Shown one piece after another: positions 26,401 through 40,700 of a DNA stretch of 64,000 nt. The notes under the pieces were generated by a model. That model saw only the letters and a list, made by a program, of their open reading frames with translations. It was not told where the DNA came from and searched no databases. The DNA is from Phoronis australis (Eukaryota; Animalia; Phoronida), in NCBI GenBank assembly GCA_002633005.1, contig NMRA01000029.1:1-64000 (forward strand). Reading direction: 5' to 3'. The position numbers and the translations under genes were made by a program. The stretch's first letter is position 1. Each line of letters starts with the position of its first letter.

Positions 26401-28512
26401 CACAAGAGATGGTGTAAAGCAGCTCATAGATTTAACAATTGAAGGCGCTTTGGCCGGGTTACAGACTTAATCGTACATAGACCAGAAAAATGTTACAATG
26501 TACACGTCAAGGATTGAACCCACCTCAAAAGTTAATACAAAGTTATGCACATATACTTACTGTAAATTGTGCCGCCAGTACACAAAAATCGTACCATCGC
26601 TATCTCAAAACGTTTAGCGATGACCAGTAACACGCTCACGCCCTACTCTACAGATGACGCACTGCATAGCCGTAAATAGATAAAAAAGAGCGCAAACACA
26701 AACGTAGAGTACAACGAGAATCAATGCTATTAATATGCAAATGACATATACAATGGCAGTTACAATGACCAAGAATGAAGGGGAACAACAGCAGAGTTAG
26801 TGACGGGGCGAAGTCCTCCTATAATAAGAGTTTTGCCGCCCTGTTAGTTATTACCAGTAATTTTTGCTGTTAAAACAGAATTATTCGTCATGACAGGAAA
26901 ATTATGTTTTGTCTGATTACTTTTTTCTTGTATTGTACATACATTAAAATTTTAATAATTATAGCTAATAGCTTACCTTTCCTCAACACTCAGTGGTGTG
27001 CTTAGATTTCTTGGAACGTTTGAGAGGTGACGCCGTCCTATAATACAACGTTAGTAGACAGTCTCAATCCAGAAAATATATCCTACCTGCTCCTGTTGAT
27101 CGGAAATATCTACGGTCAGCGTAGAAACGCAGTTTCGCTATGTACAGCGCAAACAGTTGATTATAAAACACATGGACGAGGAATGACTCCCTAGAAATTA
27201 GCGATCTCTTTAAAAGCGTTGAATGAACTTCTCAGCTTCACTCCACTAAAGCGTCTCGTTTGTCTACCCGAAACCCCGACTATCTTTCCGTGCGTTATGA
27301 GTGCACCGGTTTTAGCGATGAATTTCTATAGCCTACATCCTGCCTGAGCTGACGAATCAGAGTACCGGAAAATTATTGTAATGAAAGGGAGAAAAAGAAC
27401 TCGTGCTGATGTCTGGATACGCCACTGCAAATTGTCTATACTTACATAACTCGTTCTGTAGATACGTTGAGGGCGAAAATGCACGCAGCAAGCTTTTGGC
27501 GGCATTCGTGAGCGTTGTATATCCAAAGACAAACATCACAGTTCCTTGAATGAACGCCAAAAGTATTTTGTTGAATTTCCTTATAATACACATATTTCTA
27601 CCTGCAAACCTGACCCACCCGATTTTCAAGAAGGAAGTGCAAAACTGGTCTAAGCAATTTGAGATGCCTATCCCCGGGAAATACGATTTTCGTCTCCTCC
27701 GACCCCGTGAACATTTTTCAAAAAGACCAACACCGGGCCACCTGCCATTCTTTAGCTATCAATTCACCTACAGGCACGGGCTGGCTTTCAAGGGAGCCCT
27801 GGCGTTTTTTACTTACAAGACGTGTAAGGGGGTACATGCCAAATTTCATAAAATGAAGACGTTATTTCCTCTGTACAATTATTGCGATTCAAGTCTTGGG
27901 TTACATGTAGTTTGTTTCTGCCTGATCGTGACTATGAATCGTTTAGTCACTATAATGAGTTTTGAGGTTTGAGGTCACTGGAGACTATTTGAAAATGATA
28001 CACTTGTCAACCAGATCGACCATCAAGTAAATTGATATTACAAATAATTGGAAGCTGTCTGACATTGGCTGAAGTCTAATATATTATAAGAGCTCCAATA
28101 CATATGTGATCGCAATAAAACGTCAACAATAAAGACGTCACCAATGTGAGGTATGGTTTTGCACGGCTTGACTCTTTGAATTGAGAAAAAAAAACAAATA
28201 GAAAATGACTATCGATTTCACAGCAAAAAAGCTGTGTCCCTTCTAGAAAAACAACTATGTCATATAATTAGTTTGATGACAGGCCACTGAGCAGAACGCA
28301 TGAACTCAATTACCAAGGCAGTCGAGTGTGCGGCTATTGCCTTTGTGTGCGCATCTCGCACTTTCTTTTTGTAAATGCTGCACTTTGGGGTTTACAAGTA
28401 CCAGTAGATGTTGCAGACTGCGTTAATTTCTCAGCAAAGAAGATGCATAGAGTTAGGTCAGCGCAATTTTGAAATTCGCCAACTATTATGAACTGAATCG
28501 CGACAACTTTAA

Positions 28513-28887
28513 AGACACCCTTGCCGTTTCATTTTAGATAAAAGTTTTAATACTTCAGTTAAAACTTAATCCCAAATAATGCCCATTCAGCACAACTCCA
28601 AATATTTCTTACTCCACTCAATTTAATATGATTTTTGTTTAATTTCTTATATTAGATGGTGCACCACCACCTAAAATGGCCGCCGTAGTGAGTGACAGCT
28701 GACCCATACATTATGGGTACTCACTCAAGTGCCGCCATTTGTAATGAGGTTTCCGATAACGGATGATAAAATAAGGCAAACACTAGCAGGTATGAAAGAT
28801 ACAAAATGTTTTTATTTAAAAGATGTCTTTTCACTGACGAAATTCATCCTGTGATCGAAACTGGTGAATGTTAAGGGAAAAGTACCT
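28513..28887. mobile_element. Kolobok-like TTAA-flanked MITE (~375 bp)
   Basis: TTAA 28509-28512 | agacaccc ... aagtacct | TTAA 28888-28891 (RR...YY termini). A homologous partial copy lies at 21156-21392. Confidence 0.65.
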
Positions 28888-30676
28888 TTAATGGGGAAAC
28901 GAAAGAAAGACTTTGACCTGCTGACCGCTGATTACGTCTCCACCACATTGGTTTAGGGATCTCCAAATGCAATAGAAAGGTCCTATGGATGGTGCAAAGG
29001 TATCTCTGGATTTTTGGGAACCTTTGGGGTAACGGGTTGTTACTGTAGAAGATCTCGTCATGATAAGGCTGCTTGTCAGTGTCATTCAATATTCCCGTCA
29101 ATTTTGCAAAAAGTCTGACGCTTTCTAACTATTGCAAAGCAAGAAAATGTTCATAGATTTGGAAATCAATTATATAAAAGTATAGCAAATTAACATCGCA
29201 GATGAGCCAGGAAAATATGGTAAACTGGGTTTAGGTCTTCCAAAGAGGTTTAGAGGAAATGTGTGAGAAGACTTCCGAAATCAAATAAAGCATAATATTA
29301 CCAAGAGCGTAGTGGAGTTATTGAAACAATCACTTTGACGCACATGTATGACATCTCTTGTCTATATGTGGACTACTGATAGATGTTTTCTTTCTTACAG
29401 AAATTGAAATTGACAAAAAATGACAGAATAACCGTAACTTGTAACATCAGTCAATATAACTCTTTCACAGTAACTGAAATTAACAAAAGATGACAAACAT
29501 CGCTAATCATACTCTCAGTGTATGTACTACAATAAAACGCATTTATTAAGTCATTGTGTTATGCAACAAAAAAGATTTTGCTGTAGTCAGTCATGTTTGA
29601 AATTAATATTTCATTCTGTTTGAGTCTACTGTTTTACTAGCAAAGGTATTTATGAAGTGGAGATTTGTCCACTAGGTTGCGTCTATACGATTTGTCTCGG
29701 CGTGTTCCTTATTCAGATGAGAAGTAATTTCTGGATTTTTGAGGAGCTGGCAGTTTGGTACTCCTTCAGATCATGAGCCGCGCCTAAAATGACATTCCGT
29801 GACAAGCCAAAATGTAGAGGCCATCCTCAGGTACTATCAAGCTATCAGCCTCTTTCGAAGCCCTGACGTTCACTAGAGAACAATTTGAGACCACACTAAA
29901 TGTTCTCAATCAAAATGTGTTGTTTTGTGATGAAATAGGGGCCTATAGCCGCTTAAAGTACTGTACAAGCGATGTTGAGTTGTCAATATTCTATAGTCAT
30001 ATAAATCATAAAAATTGCGGGTTTTGTATAATTTCATGAACAGACCCACTGAAAGCAGTACAAAACATTTGCTGGGGCTTGCCATTGTTTCTGCTGCTGG
30101 AATCCATACTGCCCATAACTAGAAATGAACACTCGTCTGTGTCAGTTTGATGACAGGAAATATTCTCAAGTTAACCATCTAATAAATTTTCAACTGTGTT
30201 ATAGTCATTATTTAACTCCAGTTACAATACAATAATCAAATTTCTAAGAGGTGCGTGAAATTTGTACAAAAACAAAAGAAGCTGAGAATGTGTCAGCTGG
30301 TGGCGTTCTTCGACAGCCGATCAGTCGAAATAGATTCCCCTAAGCGCCATCCGCCGGATGTCTTTATTTTCATCCCTGTTGTTGGAATCTTTCGATGACG
30401 ACGTTGTTACGCTCACATGCCGCGCCTACACCTGTACTTGTTAGTCAAAATGTTCTCTCTCGCATTGATCTCTATATTTGAGCTTGTGACGCCCAAAGAG
30501 TCAATCAGTGACGGGCAAATAGTGGAAGTAAATCAAAGTTTATTTCGAGAGTGTCATATAACGTAATGTAGTTCTTGAACACCTAGTTCATTCATTTATT
30601 TGTGATATAGTGTCACTGATCTGCGTTAAATTTATTGAAACATTTATTTGATTGACAAACATCGAATGATTGGTAC

Positions 30677-31120
30677 TGTCACGTTTTACCCCATGGATGG
30701 GTGAGCGCAGATTGTACTGACCAACGCAAATAACCTTCGGTGTGATGACTAACTAAAGACTGGTTCGAGTTAATCACTTCATTTATCTCGACCGTATGTT
30801 CTCAAGTCTAATCAAACAAAACGACCGACGTAATGTCTGTTATGTCTCAATAGGTGGCTCTCTATTGGCTAACGCTGTAACCGTTGATTCTGTGACTACA
30901 ACTCTATTGTTACTTAAAACTGGATATGCATCTTAAACTTTTTAAAATAATTTTCAACTGACTGCCACAATCCTTTGCCTGGGTATTTACAGTCCGTTAC
31001 AGTGTTTGGGATCTTTTCACCGGTTCCAACACGTCCCTGAACATTCTGGAATCTACCTGATCGTTCTACACTTATATACTAAGTTCTAGAATATTCCAGA
31101 TTACATAATCATCTGCCACA
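30677..31120 (-). mobile_element. Candidate LTR (TGT...ACA, ~444 bp) next to the Gypsy remnant
   Basis: Bounded by tgtcac...gccaca. TATA-like agtatataag on the - strand (~31072-31081). Directly 3' of the Gypsy integrase remnant on the same strand. No second LTR and no clear PPT seen. Confidence 0.4.
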
Positions 31121-31329
31121 GATATGCAATCTTCTACTGCTGCGTCCTTCTTCAGGATACCACTTCGTCCGGCTCTGTTAGTCGATTCGATAGCATGGCT
31201 GACCAGATTGGTGTTTTCAAACTGATTTGTGAAGTTGCTGTGCCACTGTAGTCGTGTAAGAGTTGGGTAGGAGTTGAGATGTTTATTTCCCCTATTCTGG
31301 CATCAAGAAATCACACAGATAACGTCCTT

Positions 31330-32290
31330 AAAGGTATCGCTGTGAACATCTGACCGGAGCTCTAAACCTCTTTTGTCAAAACGGGTCTCACACTCCTCAG
31401 TTAACACCGCTCCGATAGCTTCATCTTTGACTTCGATGTTGTCCGCCTTCAACTGTCGATTGGCATTTGAAGATCTTTTTCATGTTGATCTTGCAATTGC
31501 TTCCATTACAAAGTAAGCTTCTGTGGGAAGTCATATCAACATTCTCTGTCCCACACGAAACTGTTTGTCTCTGATTACCTTGAGCATGATATAAGGTATT
31601 CCTAGCCAACAGGTCTCCTGTAAACGATTTCTGAGCTCCGAGACAAATTGGTTAGTATTTCGGACCTCGCTGTTGTCTTCCATTGTCCAGAGTTCGCTCA
31701 GGAATTGCACATAATCTCCCAATGTCCTGCCGTACAGCAAAATTAAAAGTGTGAAAATGCTGTGCTTGACTGGAACTTCTTGGTAAGCAAACAGGACAGT
31801 TGGCAGTTACAGGTACAGGTATCTTGGTCTTTTTAACACACATTTTTCGGCATGGCTTTCCTGCTGTGCATGCTAACTTCATTCATCAGTTCCGCTGTGC
31901 ACTGTGCGTTCCACGGTCACCCAGGATCTTATGTGGGAACCCCACTCCACTGAAGACCTCTAACAATGCTTCGGCCACACGCTTTGTCTCAATCTTCAGT
32001 AGCGCCACTGCGTCGAGTGCCCGGTGGCAGTATCTACCACCTTCAGGATATATCTATTCCCATCGTCTGAAACTGGAGCTATAGTGTTGATTAGGTCGAT
32101 CCCTATCATCTTGAAAGACTCCTCCATCAAGGGCCTATCTTCCAGCGGAATTTTGGTCACTCACCGCTTCGGGATCGTCTTCTGGCAGATGCCACATGAT
32201 CTGCGGAACCCGGTCACTTCTCATGCCACTCTTGGACAATAGAAGCTGCTGGCAATTTCTCTGATAGAAACATGATTCCCCATACTGGCA
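31330..32290 (-). mobile_element. Degenerate Gypsy/Ty3 LTR retrotransposon integrase fragment
   Basis: The - strand reads FYCPRVA*EVTGFRRSCGICQKTIPKR*VTKIPLEDRPLMEESFKMIGIDLI (Zn finger to core), AVALLKIETKRVAEALLEVFSGVGFPHKILGDRGT, and LYGRTLG..ELWT..EVRNTNQFVSELRNRLQETC. Multiple stops and deletions. Confidence 0.88.
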
Positions 32291-35200
32291 GCACCCTTAT
32301 AAAAATTAGGAGGTTGGATCGTTTTGTTAGTCGGTGCGGTTATGCGAAAGTTTCTCAACTTTAATCAAATCATCCAGAGTCATGTGACCACGACAAAGAG
32401 CCAGGTGGTCAAAATGTAGTATGAATTGTGTAAATTAATGATGTTAAGACCTAAAAACTGTTTTTATAGGAACTAATATTAACATAATCTAAATGTAGAA
32501 CCTGGTAAGGACGTTATGAGTAGAAACACAATTTTGAAAAAATGCGGCCTTTATTTGACATAAGACAACATGAAAACTGATTTCATGCAATTAATTGACC
32601 ACGGAAACGTGGGTGCAACTATCATTGTAATTTACTTTTGATGTCTGATACTGTAGCTATAAGCACAAGTAGAATTCCAATATGGCTGCCTTAATTTGCA
32701 TAATTTACATGCGTGCACTTACATGCGCGCACCCAGCCTTCAATATGGTAACAAAATAGCCGGTGGACTAAAAAACAAACGGGCGCACCACTGTGAATTG
32801 CGCGTTTATGCTCTTTTAGTGGACTTTTGTCTCATTTTCTCGAACATTTTGTTTCTCACAGGAGGACCTTTTTGCCCACTTCGCCAAATGGAGAGCTCAT
32901 TCGAGCCCCCCCGAGCCCCCCCCCCCCCCCCCCTGGGTGCGCGCATGATTTATACAAATTCACGGTGCTTCCGGCACAAAATTAGGTTTTCACTGATCAC
33001 AGAAACATTGGTGCAAACATCTCTATGATTTACATATAGTGCCTGACACTGCAACTATAAGAAGTACAATTTTCAAAAATGGTTGCCTTAATTTGCAAAT
33101 TCTCGGTATATCTACATCCAAAGTAGTCCATTAAATTCACTGACCTAGAAATATGAGTGAAAACATAAAGGTCTACCTGCAGTGCTTGTTAAGGAAGTTA
33201 TAGACAAAAACAAATTTTTCAATAACAACGGCCTTAATTTACATGTTTAGAAAAATGGTCTAGGATACGATGATTACATCTCTGCTAAAACGCTTCAGGG
33301 AACTACCTGGACATTGAACAACCAAAAAACATTACATAACAAAGACTTCTAGCTTCCCGTCTATAGCTACTGTATTGTTGTCCGACATGAGTGGAGTGGC
33401 TATAGCCGATTGGAGTTGTGTTAGGGGCTTAAACGCGTTACATCATGCCCCCTGGTGGAACATGATGGCTACATGCAGAGAGTTTGCCACGCTGCGGGAA
33501 TGATATTTTGTGAAAATAGTAAGATGACAAGTGGCATGTAGCCGGCAAAACAAATTTTACAATGCAACAACGATAATTTTAGAAATATTTATATTTTTCG
33601 AGTAAAGAATAAAAAATAGCTTCAGGTTGCATTTTGTTTAACCTGTTTTGCAATTTTGATACAGGACGTCCGCCATTGCATACTCTTCTTTAAACAAAGA
33701 GCACAACCAGAGACGAAATATGTGTGCTACTTTCGTTACCTTTGGAACTACGCTATTACATATCCATGAGTTTTTCAATATAGTGTAACACTTGGTTTGT
33801 CAAGTTTCATGTCCTCAGCACATTGTTGGATTTCTGTAAATTTATTTTGTTGTTTCCTTGAATTTCTTGGAGTTTACCGAGTTCATTGCGAATGTCCTTG
33901 TCTTTTTGAAATCTCCTCATTTTCCTCAAATTAACGAAACTTCCTTGAAGTGAAAGATTTAGATTTGTCACGTCAATCAAGTGAGTGAGTACCCCTGTTG
34001 CCACCTGGCGATGCTTCCTGTGGTAACTATGAAAACAGATGTTTGAATTGTCTTCTTGGCGGACTTACAAGGCCATGACACGACGCCAATGCTATGAATT
34101 TGAGATCAGCTCCTCCTCTCACGACATTAGCGGTCGCGATCCGGCACTTTGCTTGAGTGGGGCTGAAGGTTGATGAAGCAAATGATGGTGTATTTTAAGT
34201 GCAGAAGTGAAGAGGCCACCGGCCTCGATTTCGATTAAATTCTACCAAGTGATTGGGACCCCTCGTCGGGAATTGACGATTTCTATAAACAAATAGCAAA
34301 AACAAAATGAAACTTGCTGTTTTATAGCTGTGGTCATTGTTAATTACCTTAAGCAGTCTACTCTAGCCAATAGTAATTACAAATAATGCGTTTTTCTGTC
34401 CAAAAACTACATGTGCCTCTTTATTTTGATGCATTAAAAATAACACTTGTAGTGATGCACTTTTGTCGAAATGATCACCAGTCATTTCATTCCATGGCAC
34501 AAATCTAAGACCTTACTTGGTAAAATCATCACTTCTGTATTGTTGACCCTGTTCAAGCAATTTAACAGCTGACATACTTCAACATGTCGTAGTGTTAATC
34601 GACACAACAACGAGAATTCCCAAGAGAATGTAGTAGGAGGTCGGCTCTACATGTACATATATGTGCAGACACGACAAAAGTTGAAAAGAAAGTTGCATAC
34701 TATAGTCTCTAAAAAGTGAGAGCACTTCGCCTGCTAACTGGATATTGAGCAATATCTAATAAACGCAAGTGTGATGTACAAATCAAGCGATATGTAGCCG
34801 TGTGAACATTGATTCCGTATGGGTAACCGTTCAAGCACACCAGCTTATTCTATCCATTTCCCACTTCTTTACAGGAGTGACCGAAATAGTGTGGTGTGTG
34901 TTTTTCATAGCTACTTTTTAGAAAATGTTATTCTTTAACGCGGCAATAAATCCAACCTTAAAACACAAAACCAATTTTTGATTTAGAGTTGCATCTAACA
35001 AACAGGTCTCAAATTTCACGAGTCGGCAAGTTTTAGAATTTATATAGTTTAAACTTCATATCTTTGGCAGTATTTATCATGTTACAGATCTGTCTGTAAG
35101 TTGCTTATTCCAACGCGCGAGACACCATGACTTTAAGTCGCTTTCCCATTAGAGGCGAAACTTCGCTTTTACCGAAGTTTCGGTAAGTGGGAAAGCTTAA

Positions 35201-37949
35201 CTAACAGTTATTCTGAAAGCAAAATTTCGTAGGATTTAAAAGCGAAGCTTCGGTACTCACCGAAGCGACTAAGTAGTCTCATCATCTGCTATTTTAAAAT
35301 GTACTTTAATAGAATTAAGAGACATTATCAACAACAAAAGTGTCTTAATGATATCAGCCCTAGCGCCGCGCAATCGAACCTGGCACTCTCGCGGTCGCAG
35401 TCAAACGCTCTGTTCTCAGACCTAGATTCTACTCGATATATGACAAGAGCATTTTATGATCGACATATGTCCCGAATAATTTATAAATAATACGTGCGTC
35501 ACAAGCTCGTTACTAGAGATGAGAAGGAGACAGAGGTAGGCGATATAAGGTCATTTATTATGACTAATACAATTACAAGTAATAGATAGTGAATAAAGAT
35601 AATTAAAATTAAGAATGATCATCTCCAGTAAGATGGGCGATAAAAAAGCGCCGGTCATGTGGAGGTACGAGAGAATGCCGAACTGGGACAGACACGAAAC
35701 TTAATTTCAGTCAATATCCGGCAGGCAACAGCGAGAATTTGCGATTTGTAAAATTCACAAAAATTCTTCGGGCTTTGTTACTGTATAGCTCTGGTGACAT
35801 CTAACTTCAAAAAGTCCAATCCAACGGTAATCTCAAAATGCGGCGGTAAATCCGATAACTACCTTAAATAATCGATCTGTCACGAAAATGTATCTGTAGC
35901 TGCTGTAGAAGTAACGTTTATGTGTGGATAAAGGTTAGCAAAACCATCTGAAGTATTATTTGTGGTATTCAATTTGGTGGCTGGTTTTGAGCTTGGAAAA
36001 CCAGATTCGTTCTCTTCCAGCTTTCATTTCCACGGTGCGTACAAAATTCGAAAATATGAAGAGCATGCTGGTCAAGAGAGTTCAAAAACCTTGCTCAAAT
36101 GAAAGAGATTCCAAAGTGATTTACCATCGTTCATCACTACCACAAATGAAGAAAACAAAGTATACCTAACCGGCAATTTCCATCACAAAGACATCTCTCG
36201 CATGCGATTAACGAACGGTGAGACGGTGCATTCACACCACTTAACCCCCCATTATATAAAGTCGAATGAAAAGTGTGTACCGCCAAGACAATTTCTTACA
36301 AATCCAGAGAGCTTGAATTGGATTCCTGATTTCCTGCTCAATTTTAACTCATACTTGCACTTGCTTGTAGTCATAGTTTAAGAAACGTCACGACAGGGCA
36401 AAATGGTTGAAAGGTAAATAGACATTCTTTCAACCATGTGTAACCTGGACACGCAGGACAGAACTAACCCAGCATTCGTGGGATGTAATTGAATTAAATT
36501 TGAGCCGTGGCTGAAAAACTAATGAATGTCACCTATTCAACCTTGACGCAACAGACTATTGATTGCCAACTTAAAAGGATACTAGACCCTGTTTTGGTGA
36601 TTTCAATCAAGGTCTTGTTCTGCCACTTGTTAACGCATCAGCATCACTGGTGTCCCACATGAGTGATAAAGCAGAATTCAAGTAAAAATTCATACTCTCT
36701 GAGGTTACAAATTAGTTATTATGGTTCTTGGTGGGTGATCCTCTCTACAGTTGCTGTGTAACTCGCCTAAAGCGTGGGCAAAGGTATGGCGTAGGTTGCG
36801 TCTGCCCATTTAGCAGACTTTGTAAGGAGTTTACAAACTGTGGTCAAAAGGTTACAGAGCATTGTTTTGTTTCAGACTGCTGGATGGGAAAGTTGTTTTC
36901 AATATTAGTTGATTGGCCAAAACCGGGTTAGGTATCCTTTTAAGTAACTCTCACGAAAAGTGGATGATTACGAAATATGACAGCCATACTAACTGTAACG
37001 TGACGCGGTAATCTTGAGGTCTGTTTCATGAAAACTGTTTTCTTACATGTATAGCTGCAAGCAAGAAAACACATGTAAGCCTTAAAAAACGAACAAGAAA
37101 CAGCACCAGACTACTCATAACGAAACAGTGTTGTGCTCCCGGGCTTTGCTCAATACGGAGCTGCGATCAAAAGAAGCAGCCGTCCTTCTGAGGGGATAGG
37201 CTATTACGGCGGCTATTAATCGCTGCGTTCCGCCAAAAAACGAAGCTTTGACTATTGACTAAGACCACTAGCAGCTATGAAATTGACTTGAAAAGGGGAC
37301 TTATAAAATTATTCTATTTATCTGACTGTCTCCAGAAGAAAAGTGCTTTATTGTCTTAAATATTGCACTGCTCAAATGTAATGTAAATGAAAATTTGTTT
37401 ATTTACGTGAGTTGAGTGACACCGTAGCGTGTCTCCCTCACTACATCGTGCGCATGTCCATGTCAAGGACAATTTCTGGTTACCAGAAGAAATGTACCCG
37501 TGTTGATAAGCCGTCACAAAATCTTTAAATAATCTACAATTTTGTAAACAAGCCAAGCAAACGTGAAACTACCCGTCAAAATAGTGAAACATAATTAATG
37601 ACAGTATTTTGTGCATTGTGTTTTTGTGTGACTTTGATCAGGTTTATTTCACACCTTAAAGGACGTTAACGATGGCTTTCATCTGAGGTTGTTTGCGCGA
37701 AACGTGAACCTCAATGTTTACTAATCGATATCAAGTGTATTTAGTTCAAAATCAGTCGCTTTACATGTACTTGGACGTAACATGAATTCCTAACTAAGAA
37801 AAAATTCTTGAGCATCGCCTCTCAAGTGTTACAAACCAACGAAGTCTGTTCTTCCAACGACCAGGCGACGTTTGACTTGAGTTCCGTCATGGGTATACGA
37901 TAATCAGTGAGTCTTGTCGAAGGAAACACTTCATTATGGTCTTAGATTT

Positions 37950-39480
37950 GTTGATTTGTAAACCATAAAACAATCAAATTAAAAGACCAGAATTTGGAAG
38001 AACCTCGTGCTGAGATTGAAAAGATGCGCATAGCGATTCGGAACGGGAATCAGCAAGCTGCCAGCTCGAACAAGCTATAAAGAAGGCATTCCATAAAGAA
38101 ACGTTTTTGGAAGCGATTACATCCCTACATTAATAAAAGAAATAACTGAAACGTAAATCGGCAGCTATTACAAGTATTGAAAACTTGTTTGGTGAATTTG
38201 GAAATGCGGTGTCTTTAAAAATGCGACCAATAAGTAAAAAAAGAAAACAACATACAAAAAATAGCTTGATACAGGACTTAAATTAAAATCAGGAAAAACA
38301 TCCTTCCTCTCAGGGGAATATCATCGCAACCGCAATGTCGAAATACTAAATGAATATCTTGAAAACAAAAAAGGAATTCAAAAAGCGACATTGAAGACAG
38401 TGTAATGGGAAGGTGAGGTGCATGAACAGATTCTAAGCGAAGAGATTTAAATGATTCAAAAACGTTCTGGTGGTTGATAAATTTAAATCAAATAAACCAA
38501 ATCTAGAGTGCATGACTTGAATCAGACAAGGTCGTATGATAAGCTCTTTATTGTTCTGTTTGTATAGAAATGAGCTTATGGAAATGCAAATTGCATTGGG
38601 ATAGGTATTGAAATTGACCTAGCCTTTGAACGGAGAATGTGTTTTTATGACAGTACTATGTGCCAACGGTGTTACTCTAGTTGGCGACACTATTATTTAG
38701 CAACGCAGACGATTGGAAGTGCTAGAATGTTTTTGTTTAAAGTGGAAGATCTCTGTAAACGTCTAGAAGTCAAAATAATATAGCTATTTTTTAAGGAAGC
38801 TGGATATTGAAAAGAACAGAAAATGTGGTATTATAGAGCCGTTGAACTGAAAAATTGCAGATGCTATGTATTTCGGAATTATATTTTCTGGTAGATTTTA
38901 ATCTTAAAACATGGACAGCGTACTGCAAGACACTCGCACAAAAGGTAAGCAAATCGATGTATGAAATGGGGATTAGTAGAAACGCACCGTTAAATTGTTT
39001 GGCACAATGAAAGCGCCCATTTTATTCTATGGAACAGAGATACGGGGCACTAGCCACAGAAAAGAATTTGAAAATGGTCGAACGAAATTTAAATGATTGC
39101 AAAGGGAGAGTGTGACCGTCATGATTTTTCTGTTTCTCATATGTATAAACTTGCCAAATGATCTCGTATGGAGCTTACAAGGTATTGTTTAGCGTGGGAC
39201 AACAATGCAACGGGCAAAGTTATTACTTATTGGACGCATCATTGTTTTCCAAAAAAAGTATTTTATTGTGTAAGATAATTTTTTGAAAATATTGAAAATG
39301 CAAACTGATAGACTTCCAAAACAATCTTTTTGAAGTTATGCGAAAGAAAATTGCACGGTCAAAATAGATGGTGTACCTGCATTAAAAATTTATTGTATGG
39401 TCCTGTAGGGTTGAATCAGGTCGTCGGTGATGTCTAGTGCTTTTTGTCAAAAATCAAGCAAAGGCTATGCGGTGTTAACT
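37950..39480 (+). mobile_element. Highly degenerate non-LTR retrotransposon (LINE, RTEX-like) reverse transcriptase remnant
   Basis: IRQGRMISSLLFCLYRNELM at 38521 (cf. VRQGCxLSPxLFxLYINEL), RLEVLECFCLKWKISVNV*KSKII, LFGTMKAPILFYGTEIRG (~38996), LKILKMQTDRLPKQ..WCTCIKNLLYG. Many frameshifts; the 5' boundary is approximate. Confidence 0.82.
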
Positions 39481-40700
39481 TCTATAGTTATAGTCTGTGG
39501 TGGCATTACTGCGTCATTGTATACTCACTTGAGAATGAAACAACTATGTTTCGAAACATCGTGTACCTTTTAATTATATCACTAGGTCATGTATGTTCCG
39601 TTGAGAGTATAGTTTTATTCCGAAGATGTGAACGAAACGGAATAAAGACTGTCAACAATGGAAAGTGTCGTGTGTTCAATCAATTCTGTGTATCCGAAAC
39701 CTTGCTCTCGAAGTACAGCCAGTTATAGTTGAGACCACAAATTAGTGTGAATTCTGCAGAAGATTTAAATCTATATTGTCTTGCGAAAAGTATTTATCTG
39801 GCGAGCCAATGACGCAGCAGCAGACATGTCACACAACGAACCATACATGTTAAACTCACAAATTAGAAAATGAAAATGACAAAAGAAATGGTATTCCTCG
39901 AAGTGTATTTGTAATACAGGTGAGTTTTAGACTGAAGAGCATTTCATGTTATGCTGTCAAGTCGTGGCAGGCTTAAGAAATAGGCTCGTATCACGGTGCC
40001 ACATTAGAAACAACGATGACATGTCTCTTTTTAAACTTGAGGACAATTAACACTTATAAAAAATATTTCAAAGTACGATGGTCAAAAACAAAATATTTAA
40101 ATCTTTAATGGCTCTGTACACGTCCTGTAGAAAGATTGTAAGTTATGGACCCGTGGCCTCTTATGCTCATTAAAGTTGAAGTTAAAATAAATCTGCTCTC
40201 TGCATTGCGTAACTTTCGCCTGTGTGTGGGATATTGATCAAGTATTTCTCATTAAGGCTTGAAGTGTGCATGCTCGGGGGCAGACCGCAAATGAACACCG
40301 GAGAACACCTGGGACAAAATTTGGCTTGAGAGCCGTAATGCAGTTACAAACTTTAAGAATGCCACGAGGAACACTGACCTAGGTGTCCTGTTATGACGTT
40401 CAGGCACCCACGTCTGCTTTAGGTTCAAGGGAGACAATTCGCTATTCCTTGAGACCATGTTCAGCGTATAAAACGACTTAGCGCAAGTCACCTTGTAGAG
40501 CTGGTTTAAATTACTAATGAACTGGAGGTTGTTTCGAAGACGTTGAATCACGTCAAATTCGGCTAAGAGATAATTTGAGACCAATTCCATAAGTAACGTG
40601 ATGGATGAGGGGTTTATAACCTGTTTAAGCTGAACACGATATTCTGCTATGTTTTGGTCGAGGTGGTTAAAATGCTTACCAATTTTAGCTCCATTTTCAG

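Noticed and set aside
21156-28887. Inverted homologous segments 7.3 kb apart as the TIRs of one large element
   Set aside because: The right copy has its own TTAA-bounded left end at 28513, and the two copies are quite diverged. Two independent MITE insertions is the simpler explanation.
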